Part shown: piece by piece, positions 1 to 8,677 of the stretch
Layout of the letters: each line of letters begins with the position of its first letter
Numbering within the stretch: the stretch's first letter is position 1
From: Akkermansia muciniphila
Lineage (GTDB): Bacteria > Verrucomicrobiota > Verrucomicrobiia > Limisphaerales > UBA11320
Assembly: GCA_945861575.1 (NCBI GenBank)
Contig: CAMAVD010000001.1
Coordinates: forward strand, 3,458-67,457
DNA: 64,000 nt
Reading direction: 5' to 3'
Notes under the pieces: generated by a model
Database searches by the model: none
What the model was told of the DNA's origin: nothing
What the model saw: the letters and a program-made list of their open reading frames with translations, nothing else
Program-made: the position numbers and the translations under genes

Positions 1-2282
1 TTAAGCACTTCGGAACACCGGGCGCGACTGTGCTGTTCCTCCTGATGTATGGCGTTGCTCTGGTCTTCCTGACTAAGTTTCATGTCGGCGATTGGATCCG
101 CGAAACGGTTCGCCGCCGGGGGGAGGAGCCGGAGCTGGCACTCACCCCCGAGGAACGCAAGCTGGAGCGGCGACGGAAGGAGTTGGAAAAGGAGGCTTCA
201 AAGCTTCAAGAGGAGATCGGTCGCAAGGGGAAGGGAGAGGAACGTGCGGACAAGAAGGGTGAAGAGAAGCCACTTCCGGCGGGGATCGGACAAGATCTTC
301 AGCCAGTGCCCGCTCCGACGGTTCGGGATCTGAGTGTGCCTCAGGCGCGGACTGGGAAACCCAACAAGCCCAAGCCGACCCCCATCTCTGAGCCCCCTCC
401 CGATGAGCTAGTAGGAGAGGTCATCAGCGCAGTCGAAATCGCTGCTGCCGCCGGCACCTCAGCAGCCGTGCTTGGAAATCCCTTCGGTAAGCGCCCGCCT
501 GAGAGCGGCGCATCTCAACCCTCGACCTCTTCCGAAAACAAGGGGGATGGTGAGGAGAAGGCAGAGTCGGATGAAGCGCTGCCGCTGGTGGCGGAGTCGA
601 TGTCGATTCACGACAATTCAATGTCGAAGGCCAAGCGCGTCCTGCGCAAGTCCAAGCCCATCACCGTGGCCTCCACACCGATCATCGGCAATTATCAGAT
701 GCCGCCGATGGATTTGCTGAACTTCCCGGACCAGAGCCTCAAGCCGACGGAGACCAAGGAGGAGCTTATGGCCAACGCCCGACTGATGCAGGGAACCCTG
801 GCCCAGTTTGACATCGAGGTGGCTCTGGGTGACATCACCAAAGGGCCAACAATCACTCGCTACGAGCTGCATCCGGCCCCAGGGGTGAAGCTTGAGAAGA
901 TTTCGGCGCTGGCAAACAATATTGCGGCCGCGCTGAAGGCCGAGCGCATCAATATTCTGGCTCCGATTCCCGGCAAGAGTTCGGTGGGGGTCGAGGTGCC
1001 CAATAGCGTCAAGACCAAGGTCATCATGCGAGACCTTCTGGAGTCGGAGGAATGGCAGAATACCAAGGCTCGGCTGCCGATCGCTTTGGGTAAGGACGTC
1101 TACGGACATCCGATTGTGGGCGATCTGGCCGACATGCCCCACCTTCTGGTCGCTGGGAGCACGGGTTCGGGCAAGTCGGTGTGCATCAACGCCATCATCG
1201 CCAGCTTGCTCTATCGGTTCTCGCCCGATCAGCTTCGCTTTGTGATGATCGATCCTAAGGTGGTCGAGCTTCAGCAATACAACGCGCTCCCGCATCTCGT
1301 GGTGCCGGTGGTGACGGATCCTAAGAAGGTGGTCCTCGCCTTGCGCTGGGTGGTCAACGAGATGGAGAAGAGGTATCAGATTTTCGCGAGGGTTGGCGTC
1401 CGTAACATCAAGTCCTTCAACGAGCGCCCCAAGCTTCCCCCGGCGGTTCGGCAAACCGAACCTGAACTTCCGCTCATGGCGAAGAAGGAGAGGGTGGAGG
1501 TCAACTCGGATGGCTTCGCCGTTGAACTGGACGAGGAGATCGTTGTGCCTCGGGATGAGGACATTGTTATCCCGGAGAAGCTGAGCTATGTGGTGGTGAT
1601 CATTGACGAGTTGGCGGATTTAATGTTGGTGGCGCCGGCAGATGTTGAAATGGCTATCGCTCGTATCACTCAGATGGCACGTGCTGCGGGAATCCATTGC
1701 ATCGTCGCTACTCAGCGACCCAGTGTCGATGTCATCACCGGTGTGATTAAAGCGAACATTCCCGCCCGTATCGCATTTCAGGTGGCGTCCAAGGTCGACA
1801 GCCGAACCATTCTGGACGCGATGGGGGCCGACAAGCTGCTGGGAAAGGGGGATATGCTTTTCCTTCCGCCTGGTTCCGCCAGGACGACGCGGGTGCAGGG
1901 TGTCCTGATTACCGATCAAGAGCTGCAGGGAGTGGTGGATCACATCGCTAAGCAGGGCAAGCCCAGCTACGAGTTGGATATTCACAAGCAGTTGCAGAAG
2001 CCCGTGCGAGACTACGACAACGAATCAGCGAGCGGAGAGGACGAGGAGTTGATCGAGCAGTGCATCGAGATCATTCGGAGCGAGCAAAAAGCAAGCGTCT
2101 CCCTGCTTCAACGTCGATTGAAGCTCGGCTACGGCCGGGCGGCGCGCATCATGGATGAGTTGGAGGACCGAGGGATCGTAGGTCCGAGCCGTGGAGCTGA
2201 GCCGCGGGATATCCTCATCGACCTGGACGGCACAGGTGCCGATGGTCGCTCCGCCAATGCCCAGACGGACATCGCACAGTAG
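1..2282 (+). CDS. ftsK: DNA translocase FtsK/SpoIIIE, N-terminus cut by the window edge
   Basis: The frame stays open from nt 3 to the listed GTG at 30, so the gene begins upstream of the window. It has a hydrophobic segment followed by a long Pro/Glu/Lys-rich linker. Motifs: Walker A VAGSTGSGKSV, Walker B VVIIDELADLM, ATQRPSVDVITG, and the C-terminal winged-helix gamma domain SVSLLQRRLKLGYGRAARIMDELEDRGIVGP. Confidence 0.93.
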   Translation, partial: KHFGTPGATVLFLLMYGVALVFLTKFHVGDWIRETVRRRGEEPELALTPEERKLERRRKELEKEASKLQEEIGRKGKGEERADKKGEEKPLPAGIGQDLQPVPAPTVRDLSVPQARTGKPNKPKPTPISEPPPDELVGEVISAVEIAAAAGTSAAVLGNPFGKRPPESGASQPSTSSENKGDGEEKAESDEALPLVAESMSIHDNSMSKAKRVLRKSKPITVASTPIIGNYQMPPMDLLNFPDQSLKPTETKEELMANARLMQGTLAQFDIEVALGDITKGPTITRYELHPAPGVKLEKISALANNIAAALKAERINILAPIPGKSSVGVEVPNSVKTKVIMRDLLESEEWQNTKARLPIALGKDVYGHPIVGDLADMPHLLVAGSTGSGKSVCINAIIASLLYRFSPDQLRFVMIDPKVVELQQYNALPHLVVPVVTDPKKVVLALRWVVNEMEKRYQIFARVGVRNIKSFNERPKLPPAVRQTEPELPLMAKKERVEVNSDGFAVELDEEIVVPRDEDIVIPEKLSYVVVIIDELADLMLVAPADVEMAIARITQMARAAGIHCIVATQRPSVDVITGVIKANIPARIAFQVASKVDSRTILDAMGADKLLGKGDMLFLPPGSARTTRVQGVLITDQELQGVVDHIAKQGKPSYELDIHKQLQKPVRDYDNESASGEDEELIEQCIEIIRSEQKASVSLLQRRLKLGYGRAARIMDELEDRGIVGPSRGAEPRDILIDLDGTGADGRSANAQTDIAQ

Positions 2283-2354
2283 GGGGCGTCCGTCACGCTC
2301 GCACTGTTGGAGCGCGTTGTTGCCCCACCCCTCCGTCTTTTGGAGGAATGCGTT

Positions 2355-3386
2355 CTAAGTGCCTTTTGGCGCGGCAGTAGGGCGGAGGCCTCTTTGGGGA
2401 GCTTCAAAGGGTTGCGATGTCGGCTGCACTCGTCGAAGCCAGATCTCGCGCCAGTAGTGGAGGGTTTCGCGCGCGCAGCCACCAAAGGCATAGTAGGCGC
2501 TATCGCAGGTAGCGCCCTCAAGCGTGACCGTGTTCTTGAACTTACGAAACTGGCCGATTCCCTCGACGACGATTCCATCTAGGCGTCGGCGGACGCGAAG
2601 CTTTCTCCCGCATAGCAGACGCATATCCGCAGAGAAGTGCAGTCCTCGGTTCTTACCCCCCTGGTCCAAGGTCAACTCGATTTCCTTCAGGGTTTTAACC
2701 TCAACCCACTCGCCGGGCTGTAGGTTCAGCGATTCCATTGGCGTCGGGTTCGCGTTCCCGCGTGGGTAAGAGCCTCGTAGTATGCCGTGGAGTTTCCAGC
2801 AGCCCCATATCATGAACTGCTCGAGCTTGCCGGTCGCGGTCATGTTTCCGACCTGGATATCCTTCCAAGAATGGACGAGCCTCCGAAAAAGGCTGATGTG
2901 AATCGTGGCCTTGGGAAGCTCGCTAGACTGACAGTGGAAGCGGCCAGTGTTGTCCTGGGAGGGGAGCAGAGACTGAACGTTCTCGGGCGGAGTCGGAGCT
3001 GAGGGCGGATTGATCTCTTCAGAAGGTCCAGAAACGGGTTTAACCCAGGACGTTTTCCAGAAAATACAGCAGCCCTTGTCGCAGCCAGAATGTGCAGTTC
3101 CGCTGCAACGTGCTTCATCTAGGATCAGCACAGACTGGTTTCGAAATGCACGAAGCGTGGATTCCCCGTTGAGTTGCTTCGAGCCATCAATACAGACCTG
3201 CTGCACGACTTTGCGTATCCGGAGGCGGCGTCCGCAGAAAGGGACCATCTCCACCATGAATGGGAGGGCGTCCTGGCAGCCACATTGGTCCAGGGTGGCC
3301 TGGATCTGGGGGAAGCTCAAAATCTCCACCCAATCGCCTGCACGCAGCCTTACGTTGGGGCTACCTTCCGCCATTGTGTCGCTCAT
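2355..3386 (-). CDS. hypothetical protein made of two copies of a ~100-aa Cys-containing module
   Basis: 343-aa ORF convergent with ftsK. Residues 13-116 and 221-320 align with each other (GDWVEILSFPQIQATLDQCGC..LPFMVEMVPFCGRRLRIRK versus GEWVEVKTLKEIELTLDQGGK..LHFSADMRLLCGRKLRVRR). Both copies end in a C-x6/7-GC-x5-(F/Y)W-x3-W-(V/L)-(K/R) motif. I cannot name a family with confidence. Confidence 0.6.
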   Translation of the reverse strand: MSDTMAEGSPNVRLRAGDWVEILSFPQIQATLDQCGCQDALPFMVEMVPFCGRRLRIRKVVQQVCIDGSKQLNGESTLRAFRNQSVLILDEARCSGTAHSGCDKGCCIFWKTSWVKPVSGPSEEINPPSAPTPPENVQSLLPSQDNTGRFHCQSSELPKATIHISLFRRLVHSWKDIQVGNMTATGKLEQFMIWGCWKLHGILRGSYPRGNANPTPMESLNLQPGEWVEVKTLKEIELTLDQGGKNRGLHFSADMRLLCGRKLRVRRRLDGIVVEGIGQFRKFKNTVTLEGATCDSAYYAFGGCARETLHYWREIWLRRVQPTSQPFEAPQRGLRPTAAPKGT

Positions 3387-3552
3387 AAGTAGAACTTTGT
3401 AACCCCATCATCAGCAACCTCCCGCATGCTTTATCAAGGGTCATCTGGCTTGCAAGGCTAATACGGCCGATTTTTGCGGTGACAAACCTGAGTTTTCGAT
3501 GTGTCGCAGTTCTAGCTTCAAGAATCGGCTGCTCAGTGTCTAGGCTCCTCGT

Positions 3553-4704
3553 ATGACGATCGCGGAGTTGATGGGAAATGAAGCATTGAGGTTGGAAGAG
3601 TTTCCGGTGGCGAAAAGCCGGGTCTTCCTCGGGCATGCCGCCGTGTGCCCTTTGCCCAAGAGGGTGGCGGAGGCTGTGGCCCGATTCGCCCTCAACTGTA
3701 CGCAAGACGATCAAGAGCGGATTCCCCCGCTAGGCCTGCTCGCCGAAACAAGGATTCTGGCTGCGCGTTTAATTGGCGCTTCGCCCGAAGAAATCGCGCT
3801 CGTTGGCCCCACCTCCGTCGGCCTGAGTATGATCGCCAACGGGCTCAGGATTCGAAAGGGCGACAACATCATGGTTTACCAGGATGACTATCCCTCCAAT
3901 GTCTACCCGTGGATGTCCCTGGCGGAGCGTGGGGTGCAGGTGCGCATGATGAACATACGGGAGCTGGGTCGCGTTCGTCCGTTGGATATTCTAGGCCAGA
4001 TCGACGAGCAGACACGCTTGGTCGCTTTATCCTCCTGCCACTTCGTCAGCGGCTGGCGTCTGGAGTTGGATGCGGTCAGTCGAATGCTACGTGATCGGCA
4101 CATCCCTTTCTGCCTCGACGGCATCCAGACCTTGGGAGCCTTTCCCACCCCAGCCTCGTCCTTTGATTTCATGGCTGCCGACGCCCACAAGTGGCTCCTG
4201 GGCCCTTGCGGTGCTGGCATTCTTTACGTGCGCAAGGAGTATCAGGAGTTGGTGAAGCCTTGCGTTTACGGGTGGCACAATGTGAAGTCCCCCAACTATC
4301 TAACGGCGAACCATATCGAATTCCGCAAGGATGCCCGTCGCTACGAGGCCGGCAGCGCCAGCCTCCTCGGGGTTGTCGGTCTGCGAGCGGCTCTGGAGCT
4401 GATTCTCGAGATCGGCGTCGATAACATCGCGGCGGAGCTTCTGCGAAAACGAGCTCGGCTGGTCCCAGCATTGGGGGCCAAGGGCTACACTGTTTTACAA
4501 GCCAACTCCGCCGAACCTAATGCGAGCGGTATTGTCAGCTTTCACAAGCCCGGCACGGACATCCACGCTCTTCATGCCACGCTCGAAGCCGAGAATGTGA
4601 TCACCTCTTTGCGTGGTGACCGGGCAGGAAACTCCTACATCCGAGTGTCGCCTCACTTCTACAACACTGACACCGAGCTTGATCAGTTTTTGGCGCTGGT
4701 CTGA
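3553..4704 (+). CDS. class V aminotransferase / cysteine desulfurase-like PLP enzyme
   Basis: 383 aa with the fold-type I class V layout. The PLP-lysine context is FMAADAHKWLLGPCGAGILYV. SSCHFVSG and the C-terminal IRVSPHFYNT motif are typical of the IscS/CsdA/isopenicillin-epimerase-like group. Confidence 0.8.
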   Translation: MTIAELMGNEALRLEEFPVAKSRVFLGHAAVCPLPKRVAEAVARFALNCTQDDQERIPPLGLLAETRILAARLIGASPEEIALVGPTSVGLSMIANGLRIRKGDNIMVYQDDYPSNVYPWMSLAERGVQVRMMNIRELGRVRPLDILGQIDEQTRLVALSSCHFVSGWRLELDAVSRMLRDRHIPFCLDGIQTLGAFPTPASSFDFMAADAHKWLLGPCGAGILYVRKEYQELVKPCVYGWHNVKSPNYLTANHIEFRKDARRYEAGSASLLGVVGLRAALELILEIGVDNIAAELLRKRARLVPALGAKGYTVLQANSAEPNASGIVSFHKPGTDIHALHATLEAENVITSLRGDRAGNSYIRVSPHFYNTDTELDQFLALV

Positions 4705-4869
4705 GATGTCCGCGGTTGGTCGCCCTGAATGGAATGAAGGCCAGTTAAGACGGTTTGGTATGGACGAAATCGCGGTAACAGCCCAGGCGGATCACCAGGA
4801 GTGATCGTGTACGCCGGTTTTGACTTGGCCCAGCAGCCTCTGATTCCCATGCTCTCAAGAAATAACGAT

Positions 4870-6303
4870 ATGAACTCCCTCAGGGTCCTCGCTACCTCGC
4901 AGTCGAATGAAAAAATGGATCTCGTCGCCTTCCGATTCAAGGAGGACGGTCTGATTCCGACGATTGCGGAGGCCGAGTTTTCCGGCGGGCGCAATGCGCT
5001 TTGTTTGATTCGCGAAAAGGGACGACGGGTGCTCCATGTTGGACTTGGACCCAAGGATCGTTTCGGCGCGGACACTCTCCGTCAGGCTGCCGGCGTGGCC
5101 GCCAAAGCGCTTCTTCGCATTGGAGCGAGCCGGGTGGCATTCGATACCCGCCGATTTGCTTCCGGCGCTCAGGCCATCGTGGAGGGCGCGGTGCTTGCCT
5201 CCTACCGTTTCGATGATTTCAAGGCACCTTCAGCCCGACGATCTCATTCCCTGCAAGCCGTGGGGTTGTGGGTGGGCCAGAAGGATCTGCGATCAGTGAG
5301 CTCAGCAGCGGAGGCCGGTCTTATTCTCGCCGAGGCGACCAATCTCACCCGGCATGTGGGAAACCAGCCCCCTAATGTCATGACGCCCGCCCTATTGGCC
5401 ACGGACGCCGCCAAGCTTGCCCGCCGGTTGGGCGTTCGCTGTCGGGTCTGGGATGAGCGTGCGCTTCGCAAAGAAGGGTTTGGTGGCTTGATCGCAGTGG
5501 GGCAGGGATCTGCCAATCCGCCGCGACTGATCCAGCTCGAAGTTCCTGGGCCTTCTCGCAAGGCACCTACTGTCGTGGTCGTGGGCAAGGCCATCACTTT
5601 CGATACAGGCGGTATCTCCATCAAGCCGGCGGATCGGATGGAGGAAATGAAATGGGATAAGATGGGTGGCTGTGCTGTCTTGGGCATCGTGCAGGCCGTC
5701 CGCAAGCTCAAGCTGCCAATCCATCTTGTCGGTCTGATTGCCAGCGCTGAGAATATGCCAAGCGCGACGGCTTATCGCCCCAGCGATCTGATCAGGACCT
5801 GGGATGGCAAGGTCATCGAGGTGCTCAATACGGATGCTGAGGGTCGCGTGGTGCTCGCCGATGCTCTCGCCTACGCTCGTGAGACATTCAAGCCTTCCCT
5901 GATGATCGATCTTGCGACGCTTACGGGTGCCTGTGTCGTTGCCTTGGGTGGGAAGCGAGCCGGCCTCTTCACGGACGACCTCACCCTTCGCGCCCAGCTC
6001 CATGAAGTGGGGGAAAGCACGGGCGATCGCGTCTGGCCCCTCCCCATGGGCGAGGAGTATGACGAGCAGATCCGCAGCGACGCTGGGTTGGTCAAAAATA
6101 CAGGGGGTCGAGAGGGTGGAGCCTGCACGGCGGCCAGCTTTCTTCGGCATTGGGCTGGGGACTGTCGATGGGCTCATCTCGACATCGCTGGACCCGCTAT
6201 GGGGGGCAAAGACCTTCCCCACCTGGAGAAGGGGGCCACGGGCTTTGGCGTTCGCCTTGTCACCGAATTCCTGCGGCGGCATGCAAGCCAAGAGGCTCGC
6301 TAA
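4870..6303 (+). CDS. pepA: leucyl aminopeptidase, M17 family
   Basis: Motifs VGKAITFDTGGISIKP, MKWDKMGG and NTDAEGRVVLADAL are the M17 metal/active-site signatures. The ORF is open from 4801. ATG 4870 (MNSLRVL) is chosen as the more plausible start, but the start remains uncertain. Confidence 0.9.
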   Translation: MNSLRVLATSQSNEKMDLVAFRFKEDGLIPTIAEAEFSGGRNALCLIREKGRRVLHVGLGPKDRFGADTLRQAAGVAAKALLRIGASRVAFDTRRFASGAQAIVEGAVLASYRFDDFKAPSARRSHSLQAVGLWVGQKDLRSVSSAAEAGLILAEATNLTRHVGNQPPNVMTPALLATDAAKLARRLGVRCRVWDERALRKEGFGGLIAVGQGSANPPRLIQLEVPGPSRKAPTVVVVGKAITFDTGGISIKPADRMEEMKWDKMGGCAVLGIVQAVRKLKLPIHLVGLIASAENMPSATAYRPSDLIRTWDGKVIEVLNTDAEGRVVLADALAYARETFKPSLMIDLATLTGACVVALGGKRAGLFTDDLTLRAQLHEVGESTGDRVWPLPMGEEYDEQIRSDAGLVKNTGGREGGACTAASFLRHWAGDCRWAHLDIAGPAMGGKDLPHLEKGATGFGVRLVTEFLRRHASQEAR

Positions 6304-6779
6304 AATGGCTGGCCGGGAGGGACGGGCTTGTCTGCGGAGGGAGGCGGTTGCGGGATGGGGATCGAGGGTGGAATCTCTCGGCCCTCGGGGCGCGCAGAGC
6401 GCTCGCGGCGGTATTTCTTGGACCGCTCCTCAAATTTCCGTTTCTGCTCGTTGGACAACTCGCTCACGACCTCCGAGCGGAGGCGCTTAAACTCCTCCTG
6501 GACCTCGGGGCCGACGAGGTCCCAAAGCAGACGCGTTCGTTCCTGGCTTTCCTGGATATGCGACTCGATCTTGCCCCGCTGCTCCTCGCTAAGATCCATG
6601 TCGTGGGTGAATCGGCGGAGCGCCTCGATACGCCGTTCATTGGGAAGGGGTAAACCTGATTGAGAGCTCGTGGCCGGGTTTCCCGGCACTGAGCGGGGCC
6701 CCTTAGGGAAGAGCACTCCGGCGAAAAAGCCGGTGCAGAAAATGACCAGGGTCGCGAGAATGATCTTCCATTGATTCAC
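6300..6779 (-). CDS. membrane-anchored periplasmic LTXXQ-like (Spy/CpxP-type) protein
   Basis: N-terminal TM anchor IILATLVIFCTGFFAGVLF, then a helical Glu/Arg/Lys-rich domain with LSEEQ and LSNEQ motifs and a Pro-rich tail. Its start overlaps the stop of the upstream gene by 4 nt (6776-6779), which suggests translational coupling. Confidence 0.6.
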   Translation of the reverse strand: MNQWKIILATLVIFCTGFFAGVLFPKGPRSVPGNPATSSQSGLPLPNERRIEALRRFTHDMDLSEEQRGKIESHIQESQERTRLLWDLVGPEVQEEFKRLRSEVVSELSNEQKRKFEERSKKYRRERSARPEGREIPPSIPIPQPPPSADKPVPPGQPF

Positions 6780-7099
6780 CAGCTGTCCTCCACGCTGTCG
6801 TTCAGGTCAATGGAATCCACCACGGCGACTTCCAGATCGTCCTCCGCGCCTGCCGAGGTGTCGAAACGGGAAGGCTCCATCTGCCAGCTCCAGGCGATGA
6901 TAAGAGCGGCGGTTGCGCAGCAAGGGACCACCGCTCGCCAGAGGCCTCGCGTGAGTTGGATCCAGGGATCCAGAGCTCGAGCGCTTCCGGCCAGCAGCCG
7001 GGCCATGACTCGCTTTTCAAAGGCGTAAGGAACCTCCTCCGATGGCGGGTTGGCCCGAGCCGTTGCGACTAGTCTTTGATTGAGAGATTCCAAACTCAT
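6776..7099 (-). CDS. putative anti-sigma factor (single-pass membrane protein)
   Basis: 107 aa, located 39 nt downstream of the ECF sigma gene. It has one TM segment (LWRAVVPCCATAALIIAWSW) and an acidic C-terminal tail. The call rests on position and topology only; no zinc-binding HxxxCxxC motif is present. Confidence 0.45.
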   Translation of the reverse strand: MSLESLNQRLVATARANPPSEEVPYAFEKRVMARLLAGSARALDPWIQLTRGLWRAVVPCCATAALIIAWSWQMEPSRFDTSAGAEDDLEVAVVDSIDLNDSVEDSW

Positions 7100-7138
7100 A
7101 ATACCCTGCCTGATTCGACGGTTTTCTTGAACGTGGGG

Positions 7139-7738
7139 TTACAGATACTTGTCCTTCGCAACCCGCTTCAAACACTTTCGCATCTCAGCCCTGGCTCGGA
7201 AAGCGCGGACCTTTACCAATGGGACCGACCAGCCGGTCAGAGCCGAGATTTCTTTGACGGTTCGATCCTCAATCTCCAGGAGAGTGATGATCAGTCTTGA
7301 TGCCGGAGAAAGTTGATCCAGAAGGCGTTGCACCAGTTGCTTCGCGGCCTGTGAATTGTCCGGCTCGGAGTCGGGAGCGGCGGCGTGCCTTTCCAACCAA
7401 TCTTCCTCCTCCCGGCTAATGTCCGTGACATTGTCCTCCCGGTTTCTCTTGTGATCGCGGAGGAAGTCGTAGCAGGTGTGGACGGCCGTGCGCATGAGCC
7501 AGTGTTCGAAAGGCGCGTCGCCGCGCCAGGAGGCCAGCTTTTGGAACACTTTGGACCAAACTTCCTGGACGATGTCCTCCACCTCACTCTCGCGCCGTGC
7601 ATAGCGCCGTGCCGTTCCAAAAAGCCGGGGAGAGTAGCGCTCCACCAGAGGCTCGAAGCTTGCCGGGTTTCCCTTCAAAACCTCAGTGATGAGCTCCGCG
7701 TCGCTCTTTGCCTGACTCACGTTGTCCAATGCCATCAA
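7139..7738 (-). CDS. ECF-type RNA polymerase sigma-70 family factor
   Basis: Region 2 is LVERYSPRLFGTARRYARRESEVEDIVQEVWSKVF..FEHWLMRTAVHTCYDFLR. Region 4 is LSPASRLIITLLEIEDRTVKEISALTGWSVPLVKVRAFRARAEM. Confidence 0.9.
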   Translation of the reverse strand: MMALDNVSQAKSDAELITEVLKGNPASFEPLVERYSPRLFGTARRYARRESEVEDIVQEVWSKVFQKLASWRGDAPFEHWLMRTAVHTCYDFLRDHKRNREDNVTDISREEEDWLERHAAAPDSEPDNSQAAKQLVQRLLDQLSPASRLIITLLEIEDRTVKEISALTGWSVPLVKVRAFRARAEMRKCLKRVAKDKYL

Positions 7739-7762
7739 GAATGGTGGGGGGTTCCCGATCCT

Positions 7763-8284
7763 TCAAGGTCTCTGGGGCTCGGCTTCCGTGGAGTGCAGGG
7801 AGGGGGAGCCCTTTTCCCCTTTGGGCTCGGGCCGGTCGCGGCGCCCAGCGGGGATCCGTTTGGAGAGGTCCTCAAGGCGTTGGAGTTGGGCTGCCTCCTC
7901 AGGGCTCAGGGAGGCCTGCCGCTGCTTCTGGCGGAGAGACTCCAGCCGCTTATGCAATCGCTGACGGATTTCGTCCCGGCGCGAGTCCCTTTCGCTTGGG
8001 GTCAAGACCAAGGGGCCTTTGACCTTGGGCGGCTTCCGTTCTCGAATCAGTTGCGCCCGGGCTTCACGCTCAGCGGGTGTTAGATCTAGAAAACGGTCCC
8101 GAGGTTGGACGATAACTGCCTCATTCTTGGACGGGGCCTTGTCGGCTGCGGGGATGGCCACAAGTCCAGTCGTCGAGCCGCTCTCCGCTCCCGCTGCGAG
8201 AGTGGCTGCCTCGGTCTCTTCCGCACGCCCTAGCCATAATAGGGTCGCTGCGACCCAGTATGAGACGATCTTTTGTTTACCCAT
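7763..8284 (-). CDS. secreted charged protein with three L(T/S)P.E repeats (LTXXQ-like)
   Basis: Start set at ATG 8284 (MGKQKIVSYWVAATLLWLGRAEE, signal-peptide-like); the ORF is open to 8338. Repeats are LTPAEREARAQLIRER, LTPSERDSRRDEIRQR and LSPEEAAQLQRLEDL. It lies 24 nt upstream of the ECF sigma gene on the same strand. Confidence 0.5.
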   Translation of the reverse strand: MGKQKIVSYWVAATLLWLGRAEETEAATLAAGAESGSTTGLVAIPAADKAPSKNEAVIVQPRDRFLDLTPAEREARAQLIRERKPPKVKGPLVLTPSERDSRRDEIRQRLHKRLESLRQKQRQASLSPEEAAQLQRLEDLSKRIPAGRRDRPEPKGEKGSPSLHSTEAEPQRP

Positions 8285-8371
8285 ATGAACTTCATCCGGC
8301 CCACATGGATACGAGCCGTGCGTGCCGTTGTGTCGCAAGACGGGAGAGAAGTCCAGCAGGTTACCGACAGC

Positions 8372-8626
8372 TTAGGTTTGATGCACGCTGAGGCTTTGCT
8401 CAAGGGTGGTCGAAAAGCGTTGCAGGGATGCGCCGATTTTGCCCGGCTGATCGTTCAGCGTGGCCGTCATTCGCGGCACAAGGTCAGGATTCATCCTGAT
8501 CAGCTCGCTAGCCGCTGAAATCAGCGAGAGTGCGTTGTTGATATCGTGGCGCGTGGTGGCCAGCTCCTTGAGGAGAGCGGTGATTTGTGTAGGTTCCAGG
8601 GTGACCCGTTCTGTCGGTACGGCCAT
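8372..8626 (-). CDS. small standalone histidine-kinase H-box (DHp-like) protein
   Basis: 84 aa. ATTRHDINNALSLISAASELI resembles the HisKA H-box of the AHDFNNILTAI type seen in the hybrid kinase at 30923-34900. No ATPase or receiver domain is present. It sits co-directionally in the minus-strand array, with gaps of 51 nt and 33 nt to its neighbours. Confidence 0.45.
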   Translation of the reverse strand: MAVPTERVTLEPTQITALLKELATTRHDINNALSLISAASELIRMNPDLVPRMTATLNDQPGKIGASLQRFSTTLEQSLSVHQT

Positions 8627-8677
8627 GCGGTTGGCTGTATGCAGGAATCGTGCCTCAGAGGTTGAGGTGCCCCTCGC

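Noticed and set aside
618-1454. 278-aa ORF antisense to ftsK. The same situation applies to 5392-6291 (in pepA), 16255-17145 (in ychF), 22037-22819 (in hemA), 33609-34457 (in the hybrid kinase), 38627-39337 (in argA), 39621-40325 (in metF), 41223-41822, 49666-50334, 50386-51114, 53293-53895, 55777-56535 and 61450-62262.
   Set aside because: All lie wholly inside and antisense (or out of frame) to genes with strong family motifs. Their translations are Arg/Gly/His/Pro-rich with no recognisable motifs. Long shadow ORFs are expected at this GC content.
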